64,000 nucleotides of DNA from an uncultured Campylobacterales bacterium (GTDB lineage Bacteria > Campylobacterota > Campylobacteria > Campylobacterales > CACVAW01), in the NCBI GenBank assembly GCA_902727925.1, contig CACVAW010000010.1, positions 72,726-136,725 on the forward strand, written 5' to 3'. The notes under the pieces are model-generated. The model searched no databases and was not told the DNA's origin. It saw only the letters and a list, made by a program, of their open reading frames with translations. A program made the translations under genes and the position numbers. The number at the start of each line of letters is the position of its first letter. The first letter of the stretch is position 1. Below are positions 6,688 to 14,780 of the stretch, one piece after another.

Positions 6688-9273
6688 ATGAATGATAAAT
6701 TTATAAATGGCTCACAATGGGTCAGGTTTGATTGCCATTTACATACAGATAGTGATAATGAGTTTAAATATAATGAAGATAAAAATTATTATATTAGCTC
6801 TTATGTAAATAAATTAAAAGAAAAAAATATTTCTGTTGGAGTTATAACAAATCATAATAAATTTAATTTAGAAGAATTTAAAGCTATTAAAAAAACTGCA
6901 AACAAAAAAGATATATTTGTTATGCCAGGTGTGGAACTATCAGTAAATGATGGAGCAAATGGGATTCATACTCTTATAGTCTTTGATGAAAAAGAATGGT
7001 TAGAAGATGGCAATAATTATATTCAGCAGTTTATTGATGAATCTTTTGTAACTCAAAATCCAAATAATTATCAAAATGAAAATGGAAGAAGTAATGATAA
7101 TCTAATAACTACAATAAAAAAATTAAATGATTATCATAGAGGCTATTTTATTATATTAGCTCATGTTGAAGATAAAAGTGGATTTTTCAATGCATTAGAA
7201 GGTGGAAGAGTTACGGAATTTGGTAAAAACAAGCTATTTAGAGATAGTGTTATAGGTTTTCAAAAAGTTAGAACACGAGATAATATAATAAAGTGGAATA
7301 AATGGCTAGATAATAATTTACCTGCTTTTGTTGAAGGTTCAGATCCTAAAAAAATAGAAGAGATTGGTAAAGGCAAAAAATCATATATCAAGATTGGCGA
7401 TTATAATTTTGAAGCTGTAAAGTTTGCATTACAAGATAATAAGTATAGAGTAAGTAAAGAAACTCAAAATAGAGAAAACTCATTTATTAAATCTATTGCA
7501 TTTGATGGTGGTAAACTAAATGGACAGATAATAGAACTCTCTTCATCTATGAATAATCTTGTAGGGGTTAGGGGTAGTGGAAAATCATCTATAATTGAAG
7601 CTGTTAGATATGGATTAGATTTACCATTTGGAAGTAATAGTGTAGATATTGATTATAAAAATAATTTAGTAAAAGAACTGCTTGGAAGTGCAGGAAAAAT
7701 ATCTATTAAAGCTATAGATAAGGATGATAGAGAGTATCTTATAGAGCGAGTTTATGGACATAGCTTAGAAATAAAAAAAGATGGCGAACTTAAAAATGTC
7801 GGTATTTTGTCAATTTTAAATAAACCTCTATACTTTGGACAAAAAGATTTATCAAGTTATAAAAGTGGTTTTGAGGGAGACCTAATCAATAAATTGATTG
7901 GAGATAAAACAAAAGATATTCAAGTTAGTATTGATGTTAAAAAGCAAGAAGTGAAGTCATTACTTGAAAATATAAAAAAGTATGATAATTTAGATGATAA
8001 AAAAGAAGAGATAACGAGAAAAATCGCAGAGCTCAACTTGAAAATTGATGAGTTTAAAAAACATAAAATAGAAGAGAAATTACAAAAACAGATAGAGTTT
8101 AATAAAGATAAGACTTCTTTGCAAAGTATTAAAAAAAGGCTAAAAGAGTTTAGAAGTGATGTTGATGAATTTTTGTCACAATATGAAAAAGAGAATTTCT
8201 TTGAAAAAATGAAAAATTATGAGTCAAAAGAAAATCAAGATACATTTGATGAAATTTACAAAATTGTTGATGAGACTGAAAAAAGTTTTATAGATATTAC
8301 AGCTGGACTTCATAAATTAATTAATAGTTTTAAAAATATTAATGGTATTGAAAATGATTTTAATACTAAAGCTAAAGAATTAGAGGTTGAGTTTCTTGAA
8401 ATCCAAAGAGAGATAAGCATTCCTAATTTAAGAGCAGATGACTTTATGACTTATACAAAATCTTTACATACACAAAAGATGATGTTGGCTGAGTTAGAAA
8501 AGTCAGGGGCAATAAAAAAAGATATGAATAGCAAACTTGTAAAGCTATTGTCAGAACTTAATGATTTGTATAGAGAAGAGTTCAAAATTATTGAGGTAGA
8601 AATAAACAAAATCAATAGCACTCAAAAGTTTATAAAATTAAAGTCTGAATTTAAAGGAGACAAATCATCTTTTGAACAGTATTTAAAAAATATTTTTGGT
8701 GGAAGTGGTTTAGGTAAGGCTGATTATGAAAAATTATGTACCTATGTAGATTGTAGTGAAGTTTACAATGATTTTGAAAATATTTCATTTGGTGGTAATA
8801 AATTATTAGTATTTAGAGAAAGATTTATGAATTCACTATCTTCGTTATTAACTTTTAAAGTTCCGAATAAAATTGAAATTTTTTATAATGGAAAAGAGTT
8901 AACTAAACATTCACTTGGTCAAAGGTCATCTGCTTTAATTATATTTATATTAACACAGCAAGATAACGACATAATAGTAATCGACCAACCAGAAGATGAT
9001 TTAGATAATCAAACTATTTACAATGAAGTTATAAAAGAGTTAGTTAAACTAAAAAATAAGACTCAGTTTATATTTGCAACACACAATGCAAACATACCAG
9101 TTTTAGGAGATTGTGAACAGATAGTTGTGTGTGATTATGATGAAAATAAAATCAATACAGAGCTTGGAAGTATAGATAACCACGACATTCAAGAGAAGAT
9201 AATAAATATTATGGAGGGCGGAGAAGAAGCCTTTGATAAAAGAAGGGAGATATATAATTTATGGAAACATTAG
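6688..9273 (+). CDS. PHP-domain phosphoesterase fused to a coiled-coil SMC/Rad50-like ABC ATPase
   Basis: N-terminal PHP-like His/Asp/Glu motifs: CHLHTD (about 6733-6750), ITNHN, PGVELS, GIHTLIVF, LAHVED. Walker A GVRGSGKSS (about 7564-7590), then a ~300-aa K/E-rich coiled-coil-like insert, then SLGQRS, Walker B IVIDQPEDDLD (about 8977-9006) and FATHNANI. I prefer ATG 6688 (GGAG 6 nt upstream, 1 nt after the methylase stop) over the track's TTG 6676. Confidence 0.8.
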   Translation: MNDKFINGSQWVRFDCHLHTDSDNEFKYNEDKNYYISSYVNKLKEKNISVGVITNHNKFNLEEFKAIKKTANKKDIFVMPGVELSVNDGANGIHTLIVFDEKEWLEDGNNYIQQFIDESFVTQNPNNYQNENGRSNDNLITTIKKLNDYHRGYFIILAHVEDKSGFFNALEGGRVTEFGKNKLFRDSVIGFQKVRTRDNIIKWNKWLDNNLPAFVEGSDPKKIEEIGKGKKSYIKIGDYNFEAVKFALQDNKYRVSKETQNRENSFIKSIAFDGGKLNGQIIELSSSMNNLVGVRGSGKSSIIEAVRYGLDLPFGSNSVDIDYKNNLVKELLGSAGKISIKAIDKDDREYLIERVYGHSLEIKKDGELKNVGILSILNKPLYFGQKDLSSYKSGFEGDLINKLIGDKTKDIQVSIDVKKQEVKSLLENIKKYDNLDDKKEEITRKIAELNLKIDEFKKHKIEEKLQKQIEFNKDKTSLQSIKKRLKEFRSDVDEFLSQYEKENFFEKMKNYESKENQDTFDEIYKIVDETEKSFIDITAGLHKLINSFKNINGIENDFNTKAKELEVEFLEIQREISIPNLRADDFMTYTKSLHTQKMMLAELEKSGAIKKDMNSKLVKLLSELNDLYREEFKIIEVEINKINSTQKFIKLKSEFKGDKSSFEQYLKNIFGGSGLGKADYEKLCTYVDCSEVYNDFENISFGGNKLLVFRERFMNSLSSLLTFKVPNKIEIFYNGKELTKHSLGQRSSALIIFILTQQDNDIIVIDQPEDDLDNQTIYNEVIKELVKLKNKTQFIFATHNANIPVLGDCEQIVVCDYDENKINTELGSIDNHDIQEKIINIMEGGEEAFDKRREIYNLWKH

Positions 9274-10418
9274 AATTAATTGAAAGAATTTCAAATGGGG
9301 AAGATAGTTATACTCAGTTTAAAGAAAACATAACTAATAATGATAAATTAGCGGAGGAATTAGTTGCTTTTTCAAATTCAAAGGGTGGTGTATTGATTAT
9401 TGGAGTTACTGATAATAACGATATAGCTGGTCTTAGTGATGATGATATTAGACGATTAAATCAACTGGTAGGAAATGTAATTAATTCTAATATAACACCT
9501 CCTATATATCCTATTACAGAAATCAAAATAATTGAACAAAAAAAATTGTTAATAGTTACTGTAGAAGATGGAAGTAATAAACCATACTCTACTAATAAAG
9601 GTATATATCTAACTAAAGCAGGTAGTGATAAAAGAAAAGTTTCACCAGAAGAATTAAAAAGATTATTTGCAGAGTCAAAAAGATTATATGCTGATGAAGA
9701 AATAGTTGTAGGTAGCGATATTAGTGATTTAAATAGTGAACAATTTTATAATTTTTTAGAAAAAGATGATAGTAAAATTTATGAAGAAGTAAAACAAGAC
9801 ACTCTAAGTCTTTCAAGTGTTTTAGAAAATCGTGAGTTATTAAGAAATGACCAATTAACATTAGCAGGAAATTTAATATTTGGTATGAACCCACAAAAGT
9901 ATAATACTTCATTTTATGTAGATTGTGTATATTTTGATGGAGATGAAATATCAGTAGATAAATTTATCTCTAAAAAGACTCTCAAAGGAAGTTTTGAAAA
10001 ATTATTTAATGATAGTTTAGCTTTTGTTGTTAGTAATTTGACTAAAAAACAAGTTGATGATGAGTTTAATACTAAGGGAGAGCTTGAAGTAGATGAACGA
10101 GTATTAACAGAGTTAATCGTAAATGCTTTAGTTCATAGGGATTACTATATTAACTCTTCTATTAAAATTTTTATGTTTCATAATCGTATAGAAATAGTTA
10201 GTCCAGGGAAGTTAACAAATTCTTTAACGGTTGATAAAATTAAGAGTGGTATATCAATTCATAGAAACCCAATCTTAAACTCAATATGTAAAACGGTGTT
10301 GCCATATAGTGGTTATGGGAGTGGTATTAAACGGGCAATTGGTATAAATCCAAGTATTGAATTTATAAACGATATTGATAAAGAAGAGTTTAAGTGTATT
10401 ATTCCAAGAGAAGTGTAG
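9261..10418 (+). CDS. Schlafen/AlbA_2-type putative DNA-binding protein with a C-terminal HATPase_c_4-like region (often annotated RecG-like regulator)
   Basis: N-terminal GEDSYTQFKE...VAFSNSKGGVLIIGV matches the AlbA_2 pattern (E-x-x-x-[EQ]-F-K ... N-x-x-G-G-x-[IL]-x-[IL]-G-[IV]). C-terminal LIVNALVHRDYYINSSIKIFMFHNRIEIVSPGKL is the typical HRDY...PG block. Its ATG overlaps the upstream gene by 13 nt. Confidence 0.7.
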   Translation: METLELIERISNGEDSYTQFKENITNNDKLAEELVAFSNSKGGVLIIGVTDNNDIAGLSDDDIRRLNQLVGNVINSNITPPIYPITEIKIIEQKKLLIVTVEDGSNKPYSTNKGIYLTKAGSDKRKVSPEELKRLFAESKRLYADEEIVVGSDISDLNSEQFYNFLEKDDSKIYEEVKQDTLSLSSVLENRELLRNDQLTLAGNLIFGMNPQKYNTSFYVDCVYFDGDEISVDKFISKKTLKGSFEKLFNDSLAFVVSNLTKKQVDDEFNTKGELEVDERVLTELIVNALVHRDYYINSSIKIFMFHNRIEIVSPGKLTNSLTVDKIKSGISIHRNPILNSICKTVLPYSGYGSGIKRAIGINPSIEFINDIDKEEFKCIIPREV

Positions 10419-10421
10419 ATA

Positions 10422-13400
10422 ATGAAATTTAATGAAAAATTAGTATTAAATTCATACCTATTATCACTTTTAGGTGTAGAAAATTTTGAAGAGTTAGCTA
10501 AAGACTTAAAAGCTTCACGACTTGAAGAGCTTGATGAAAATGATAACTCACTTTTCTATCACGAGTTAAAAGATAAACTTGTAAGCACTCACAAAATCAT
10601 TAGCGATGATAAGCTTCAAGAGTATGATGAAAATATTGTAAGACACACCAAAACTATGGGTCGTGGTATAAAGTGGAAATATTTTCAATACCTATCACTT
10701 CTGTTTATTGAGATTTATTTAGATAAATATTTTGATGATAAAGAACAACTTCTTGAAGACCTAAATATATATCTAAGAGAGTTTAATACAGACATAGATA
10801 AAAAAGAGAAGCTTACAGAATACAATGAAACAGAGTTAAATAAATTAGCTCTATACAATGCTACTGGGTCTGGTAAAACTTTATTACTTCAAATGAACAT
10901 ATTACAGTTTAATCATTATGCTAAAGGTAAAATCAAAATTAATAAAACAGTTTTGATTACTCCTAATGAGGGATTGTCAAATCAACATTTAGAAGAGTTC
11001 AAAGCTTCAAACATAGAAGCAGAAATATTTGATAAAAACAGACAGAACACACTTGTGAATAGTGCTATTGAAATTATTGAAACAACAAAGCTTGGAGATG
11101 AAACTAAAGATAAAACGATTGCTGTTGATAGTTTTGAAGATAATAATTTAGTTTTTATAGATGAAGGACATAATGGAGTAAAAGGCGAAGTAAGAAAAGA
11201 GAACAGAGATAAGCTAAGTGAAAATGGTTTTGCTTTTGAATACTCAGCAACTTTTGCTCAAGCAATAAATAGTGCTGCTGGAACAAAGAAAAAAGAGCTT
11301 GAAAATGAATATACAAAAGCTATTATATTTGATTATAGCTATAAGTATTTTTATAATGATGGCTATGGTAAAGACTATTCAATACTTAACCTAAGTGAAG
11401 ATAGTGATGACATAAAACAGACTTACTTAACAGCTGCACTTCTTAGCTTTTATCAACAGATGAAAATCTATGAGAGTTCAAAGACAACACTAAAGCCTTA
11501 TCTTATTGAAAAGCCTTTGATGGTATTTGTTGGTTCAAGTGTAAATGCCGTTAGAACAGAGAGCAAAAAGCAAGTGTCTGATGTAGTTGATGTATTGTTA
11601 TTTATAGATGAGTTTATCAAGAGTAAGAGTGAAAGTATTGCTAATATAGATAAAATAATGAGCTTTGATAGTGGTCTTCGTAATTCTAAAGGAGTAGATA
11701 TATTTGAGAACAAGTTTAGTTTTTTAGAAAATACAAAACTAAATGCTGCTCAACTGTTTGATGATATGTTAAATCTTATCTTTAATGCAACAAACGGAAC
11801 TCTTCATATAGAGAACCTAAAAGGTGTCGATGGAGAGATAGCCCTTCGTATTGGAGAGAATGAATACTTTGGTGTTATCAATGTAGGCGATAGTCAAAGC
11901 CTTGTAAAGTTATGTGAAGCAAATGGTATGAGTATAGCAAGTAGAGATTTTTCAAGCTCACTGTTTAAGACTATAAATGATACTACTTCAAATCTAAATA
12001 TACTTGTAGGTTCAAAGAAGTTTAGTGAAGGTTGGAGTTCTTGGAGAGTATCCACTATGGGGCTTATGAATATAGGTAAAAAAGAGGGTTCTCAGATTAT
12101 TCAACTATTTGGTCGTGGTGTTAGATTAAAGGGTTATGACTTTTGCTTGAAAAGAAGTAGAGCTATTAGAGGTAAAGAGCTGATGCGAAAATATCAAGCA
12201 GTTGAAACATTAAATATATTTGGACTAAAAGCTGATTATATGAAAGCTTTTAAGGACTACCTAAAAGATGAGGGTGTTCCTACTGATGAGAGAGTTGAAT
12301 TTGTTTTACCTTTGATTTATGATAAAAGCTACAAAACTAAAAAGTTAAAAGTGTTAGACCTTCAAGTTGGTAAAAATTACAAAAAAGAAGTTAAACTTGA
12401 TTTAGAATATAGTGATATTAGAGGTATTAGTAAGAAAGTAGTTCTTAGCTTGTATAAACAAGTTGATATATTAGAGAGTGAAAGCAGAACTGGAAATAAG
12501 TATGATTTAAACAGCGAGATACTCGATAAAGTTCATCTTAGCTTTATGAGTATTGATAATATATTTTTCGCACTACAACAATTCAAAAATGAAAAAAGTT
12601 GGAGTAATCTGAATATCTCAAAAGATGATGTAAATGATTTAATCAATAGAAATGATTGGTATAAACTATTTATTCCAAGCGATGATATGAAAGTAAGTAG
12701 CTTCAAAAATATTTCTAACTTTGAACAGATAATGATTACACTACTTAAAAAGTATATGAAGTCATTTTATGAGTATAAAAAGAGTGAGTGGGAGAGCCAA
12801 TTTTTAGAATATAGAGAATTGGACGAGACAAAGGATACTTCAAACTTAATAGACAACTATACCATTACAGTAGAAGACAAAGAAATAGAGCTTATAGAGA
12901 GGTTAGAAGCTCTTAGAACTATGCTTGAGAGTGGTGTTATAGATGATGCTGAACTTCACAGACTATCTAAGAAAGATTTTAAGGCTTTTAGATTTGATAA
13001 ACACCTATACAATCCACTTGTATTCAAAGACAGAGGTGAAACAGCTCTACAAATAAAACCAATAGAGCTAAACGATGGCGAAAAAGATTTTGTGGAAGAT
13101 TTAGATAGCTACTTGAAACGAAATGGCTCTACTTATGAAGATACAGAGATATATCTACTAAGAAACCAAAGTAAAACAGGACTTGGATTTTTCACAGAGG
13201 GTAATTTCTACCCCGACTTCATTATGTGGATAAAAAAAGATGAAAAACAATATATTAGTTTTATAGACCCTAAAGGGATAAGAAACTTAAACCCAAGTAA
13301 TGACCCAAAAATTAATTTATCAAAAAAAATCAAAGAGATTGAAAATAATCTTGGAGATACGAATATAATATTAAACTCTTTTATAGTTTCTAATACATCA

Positions 13401-13526
13401 TATAATGATATTTTAGACTTACATAATAATATTTCATTAGAAGAATTAGAAGATAAAAATGTGTTATTCCAGCAAGATGATAAGAATGGTTATATTGGTA
13501 AAATGTTTAGTAAGGTATTGAGTTAA
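10422..13526 (+). CDS. Type III Res-like DExH helicase with a C-terminal PD-(D/E)xK nuclease motif, 1034 aa
   Basis: Walker A NATGSGKT (about 10860-10880), motif II FIDEGH (11160-11171), motif III YSATF, FSEGWS, and motif VI QLFGRGVR. C-terminus reads YPDF...(17 aa)...FIDPKG (13211-13274), a PD...DxK pattern. Starts 3 nt after the upstream stop. Confidence 0.8.
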   Translation: MKFNEKLVLNSYLLSLLGVENFEELAKDLKASRLEELDENDNSLFYHELKDKLVSTHKIISDDKLQEYDENIVRHTKTMGRGIKWKYFQYLSLLFIEIYLDKYFDDKEQLLEDLNIYLREFNTDIDKKEKLTEYNETELNKLALYNATGSGKTLLLQMNILQFNHYAKGKIKINKTVLITPNEGLSNQHLEEFKASNIEAEIFDKNRQNTLVNSAIEIIETTKLGDETKDKTIAVDSFEDNNLVFIDEGHNGVKGEVRKENRDKLSENGFAFEYSATFAQAINSAAGTKKKELENEYTKAIIFDYSYKYFYNDGYGKDYSILNLSEDSDDIKQTYLTAALLSFYQQMKIYESSKTTLKPYLIEKPLMVFVGSSVNAVRTESKKQVSDVVDVLLFIDEFIKSKSESIANIDKIMSFDSGLRNSKGVDIFENKFSFLENTKLNAAQLFDDMLNLIFNATNGTLHIENLKGVDGEIALRIGENEYFGVINVGDSQSLVKLCEANGMSIASRDFSSSLFKTINDTTSNLNILVGSKKFSEGWSSWRVSTMGLMNIGKKEGSQIIQLFGRGVRLKGYDFCLKRSRAIRGKELMRKYQAVETLNIFGLKADYMKAFKDYLKDEGVPTDERVEFVLPLIYDKSYKTKKLKVLDLQVGKNYKKEVKLDLEYSDIRGISKKVVLSLYKQVDILESESRTGNKYDLNSEILDKVHLSFMSIDNIFFALQQFKNEKSWSNLNISKDDVNDLINRNDWYKLFIPSDDMKVSSFKNISNFEQIMITLLKKYMKSFYEYKKSEWESQFLEYRELDETKDTSNLIDNYTITVEDKEIELIERLEALRTMLESGVIDDAELHRLSKKDFKAFRFDKHLYNPLVFKDRGETALQIKPIELNDGEKDFVEDLDSYLKRNGSTYEDTEIYLLRNQSKTGLGFFTEGNFYPDFIMWIKKDEKQYISFIDPKGIRNLNPSNDPKINLSKKIKEIENNLGDTNIILNSFIVSNTSYNDILDLHNNISLEELEDKNVLFQQDDKNGYIGKMFSKVLS

Positions 13527-13578
13527 TACAATTTTTTGGTTTTGTTCTGATTATAACTGTAATATGTTACTTTTTAAT

Positions 13579-13600
13579 GAAGTGTCAATTAATACACTTC
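13579..13600 (+). terminator. Weak stem-loop downstream of the five-gene operon
   Basis: GAAGTGT-caattaat-ACACTTC (7-bp stem) lies 53 nt after the stop, with no strong U-tract. Confidence 0.3.
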
Positions 13601-13730
13601 TTAAACAAAAAATTAACAAATTAGCCGATACAAAGACTTAACACACCTAAACAAGCATAAAAGATATAGATATACAAATATTCATTTTTTTGCTAAAATA
13701 GTAATGTATACTATTTTATAAAGGATTAAA

Positions 13731-14201
13731 ATGAAGAAATTAAACTTTTCGGTACTCTTGGCTGGTGTTGCCTTATTTATGGCTTTTGGGATGACTTCTC
13801 TTAGTGCTTGTGCTACTAAAACAGAAACTAAATGTGGATCTGAGAAAATCACTAAATGTGATTCTGGGAAATGTGGTAAAGCAGAGAGAAAAACTAAAAA
13901 ATGTGACAAGTCTAAAAAATGTGATTACAAAAAGAAATGTGATAAGTCTAAAAAGTGTGACTACAAAAAGAAATGTGACAAGTCTAAAAAGTGTGACTAC
14001 AAAAAGAAATGTGATAAGTCTAAAAAGTGTGACTACAAAAAGAAATGTGACAAATCTAAAAAGTGTGACTACAAAAAGAAGTGTGACAAGTCTAAAAAAT
14101 GTGACTACAAAAAGAAATGTGACAAATCTAAAAAGTGTGACTACAAAAAGAAATGTGACAAATCTAAAAAAAGCGATAAATCTAGATTAAATATGTTTTA
14201 A
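13731..14201 (+). CDS. Cys/Lys-rich repeat lipoprotein (KCDKSKKCDYKK x7), HvfA-like low-complexity precursor-type protein
   Basis: Signal peptide MKKLNFSVLLAGVALFMAFGMTSLSAC carries the lipobox L-S-A-C. It is followed by KCGSEKITKCDSGKCG, seven exact 12-aa repeats, and the tail SRLNMF. RBS-like aaagga lies upstream. Confidence 0.75.
   Translation: MKKLNFSVLLAGVALFMAFGMTSLSACATKTETKCGSEKITKCDSGKCGKAERKTKKCDKSKKCDYKKKCDKSKKCDYKKKCDKSKKCDYKKKCDKSKKCDYKKKCDKSKKCDYKKKCDKSKKCDYKKKCDKSKKCDYKKKCDKSKKSDKSRLNMF
13899..14150 (+). repeat. 36-bp in-frame tandem repeat, 7 full copies (a partial 8th extends to ~14171)
   Basis: Copies start at 13899, 13935, 13971, 14007, 14043, 14079 and 14115. They differ only at gac/gat and aaa/aag wobble positions. 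Confidence 0.95.
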
Positions 14202-14388
14202 TCTTAGTAGAGGTGGGTTCTATACTCATCTCTATACCAATATATTCTATATACTCCTTTCTTAAACACAATATTAACAAAACTTCAGAATAAACATTTA
14301 ACCATCCTAATAATACAAGGTCTAGGTATGTATACTTAATTACTATTTTTTAGATAGAATATTGATGTATAAAATTAAAAGGACAGAA

Positions 14389-14748
14389 ATGAAAAAATTA
14401 AATTTTTCGTTATTATTCGTTGGAGTTGCTTTATTTATAGGTCTTGGTATAACCACTCTTAGTGCTTGTGGCAGTAAAAGTGGTGATGCTAAATGTGGTT
14501 CTGATAAAGTAACTAAATGTGATAGTGGAAAATGTGGAGCTTCTAAAAAAGCTACAAAATGTGGAAGTAAATGTGGTGATGCAAAATGTGCTTCAGACAA
14601 ATCTTCAAAATGTGGTGATGCTAAATGTGGCGCTAAAAAAGCTACTAAGTGTGGAACTGCTAAATGTGGTACAGAAAGCAAAGCAGCTACAAAATGTGGT
14701 GCTGGTAAATGTGGAAGTGACAAAGAATCTAAATTAGATATGTTTTAA
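14389..14748 (+). CDS. Cys-rich KCG-repeat lipoprotein, paralogue of 13731-14201 (HvfA-like)
   Basis: MKKLNFSLLFVGVALFIGLGITTLSAC (lipobox) is followed by 12 K-C-[GDA] motifs and the tail SKLDMF. I prefer ATG 14389 (aaaagga upstream) over the track start 14362, because it aligns with the paralogue's N-terminus. Confidence 0.75.
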   Translation: MKKLNFSLLFVGVALFIGLGITTLSACGSKSGDAKCGSDKVTKCDSGKCGASKKATKCGSKCGDAKCASDKSSKCGDAKCGAKKATKCGTAKCGTESKAATKCGAGKCGSDKESKLDMF

Positions 14749-14754
14749 TTTTTT

Positions 14755-14780
14755 TAAGGAGTGACATTGTTCACTCCTTA
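14755..14780. terminator. Stem-loop shared by convergent genes (10-bp stem)
   Basis: TAAGGAGTGA-cattgt-TCACTCCTTA is preceded by a T-run on the + strand. It sits 7 nt after the KCG gene stop and overlaps the end of the extended minus-strand frame. Confidence 0.5.

Noticed and set aside
771-13526. Assigning the operon to canonical class 1 DISARM, a plain type III R-M, or BREX
   Set aside because: I found no DUF1998-like (DrmB) or PLD (DrmC) protein and no PglZ/BrxC-type genes. A type III system would not include SNF2, PHP-ATPase or AlbA_2 genes. I therefore report it as a hybrid or unclassified system rather than force a name.
13899-14171. Regular 36-bp repeats that could be mistaken for a CRISPR array
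   Set aside because: The units are contiguous with no spacers. They are in-frame within a signal-peptide-bearing ORF and encode an exact 12-aa peptide repeat. No cas genes are present.
13682-14737. Alternative-frame and antisense ORFs over the Cys-rich genes (13682-13909 -, 13804-14190 +, 14343-14723 -, 14519-14737 +)
   Set aside because: These are repeat-induced open frames. Only the KC-repeat frames have a signal peptide with lipobox, an SD-like sequence, and paralogue conservation at both termini.
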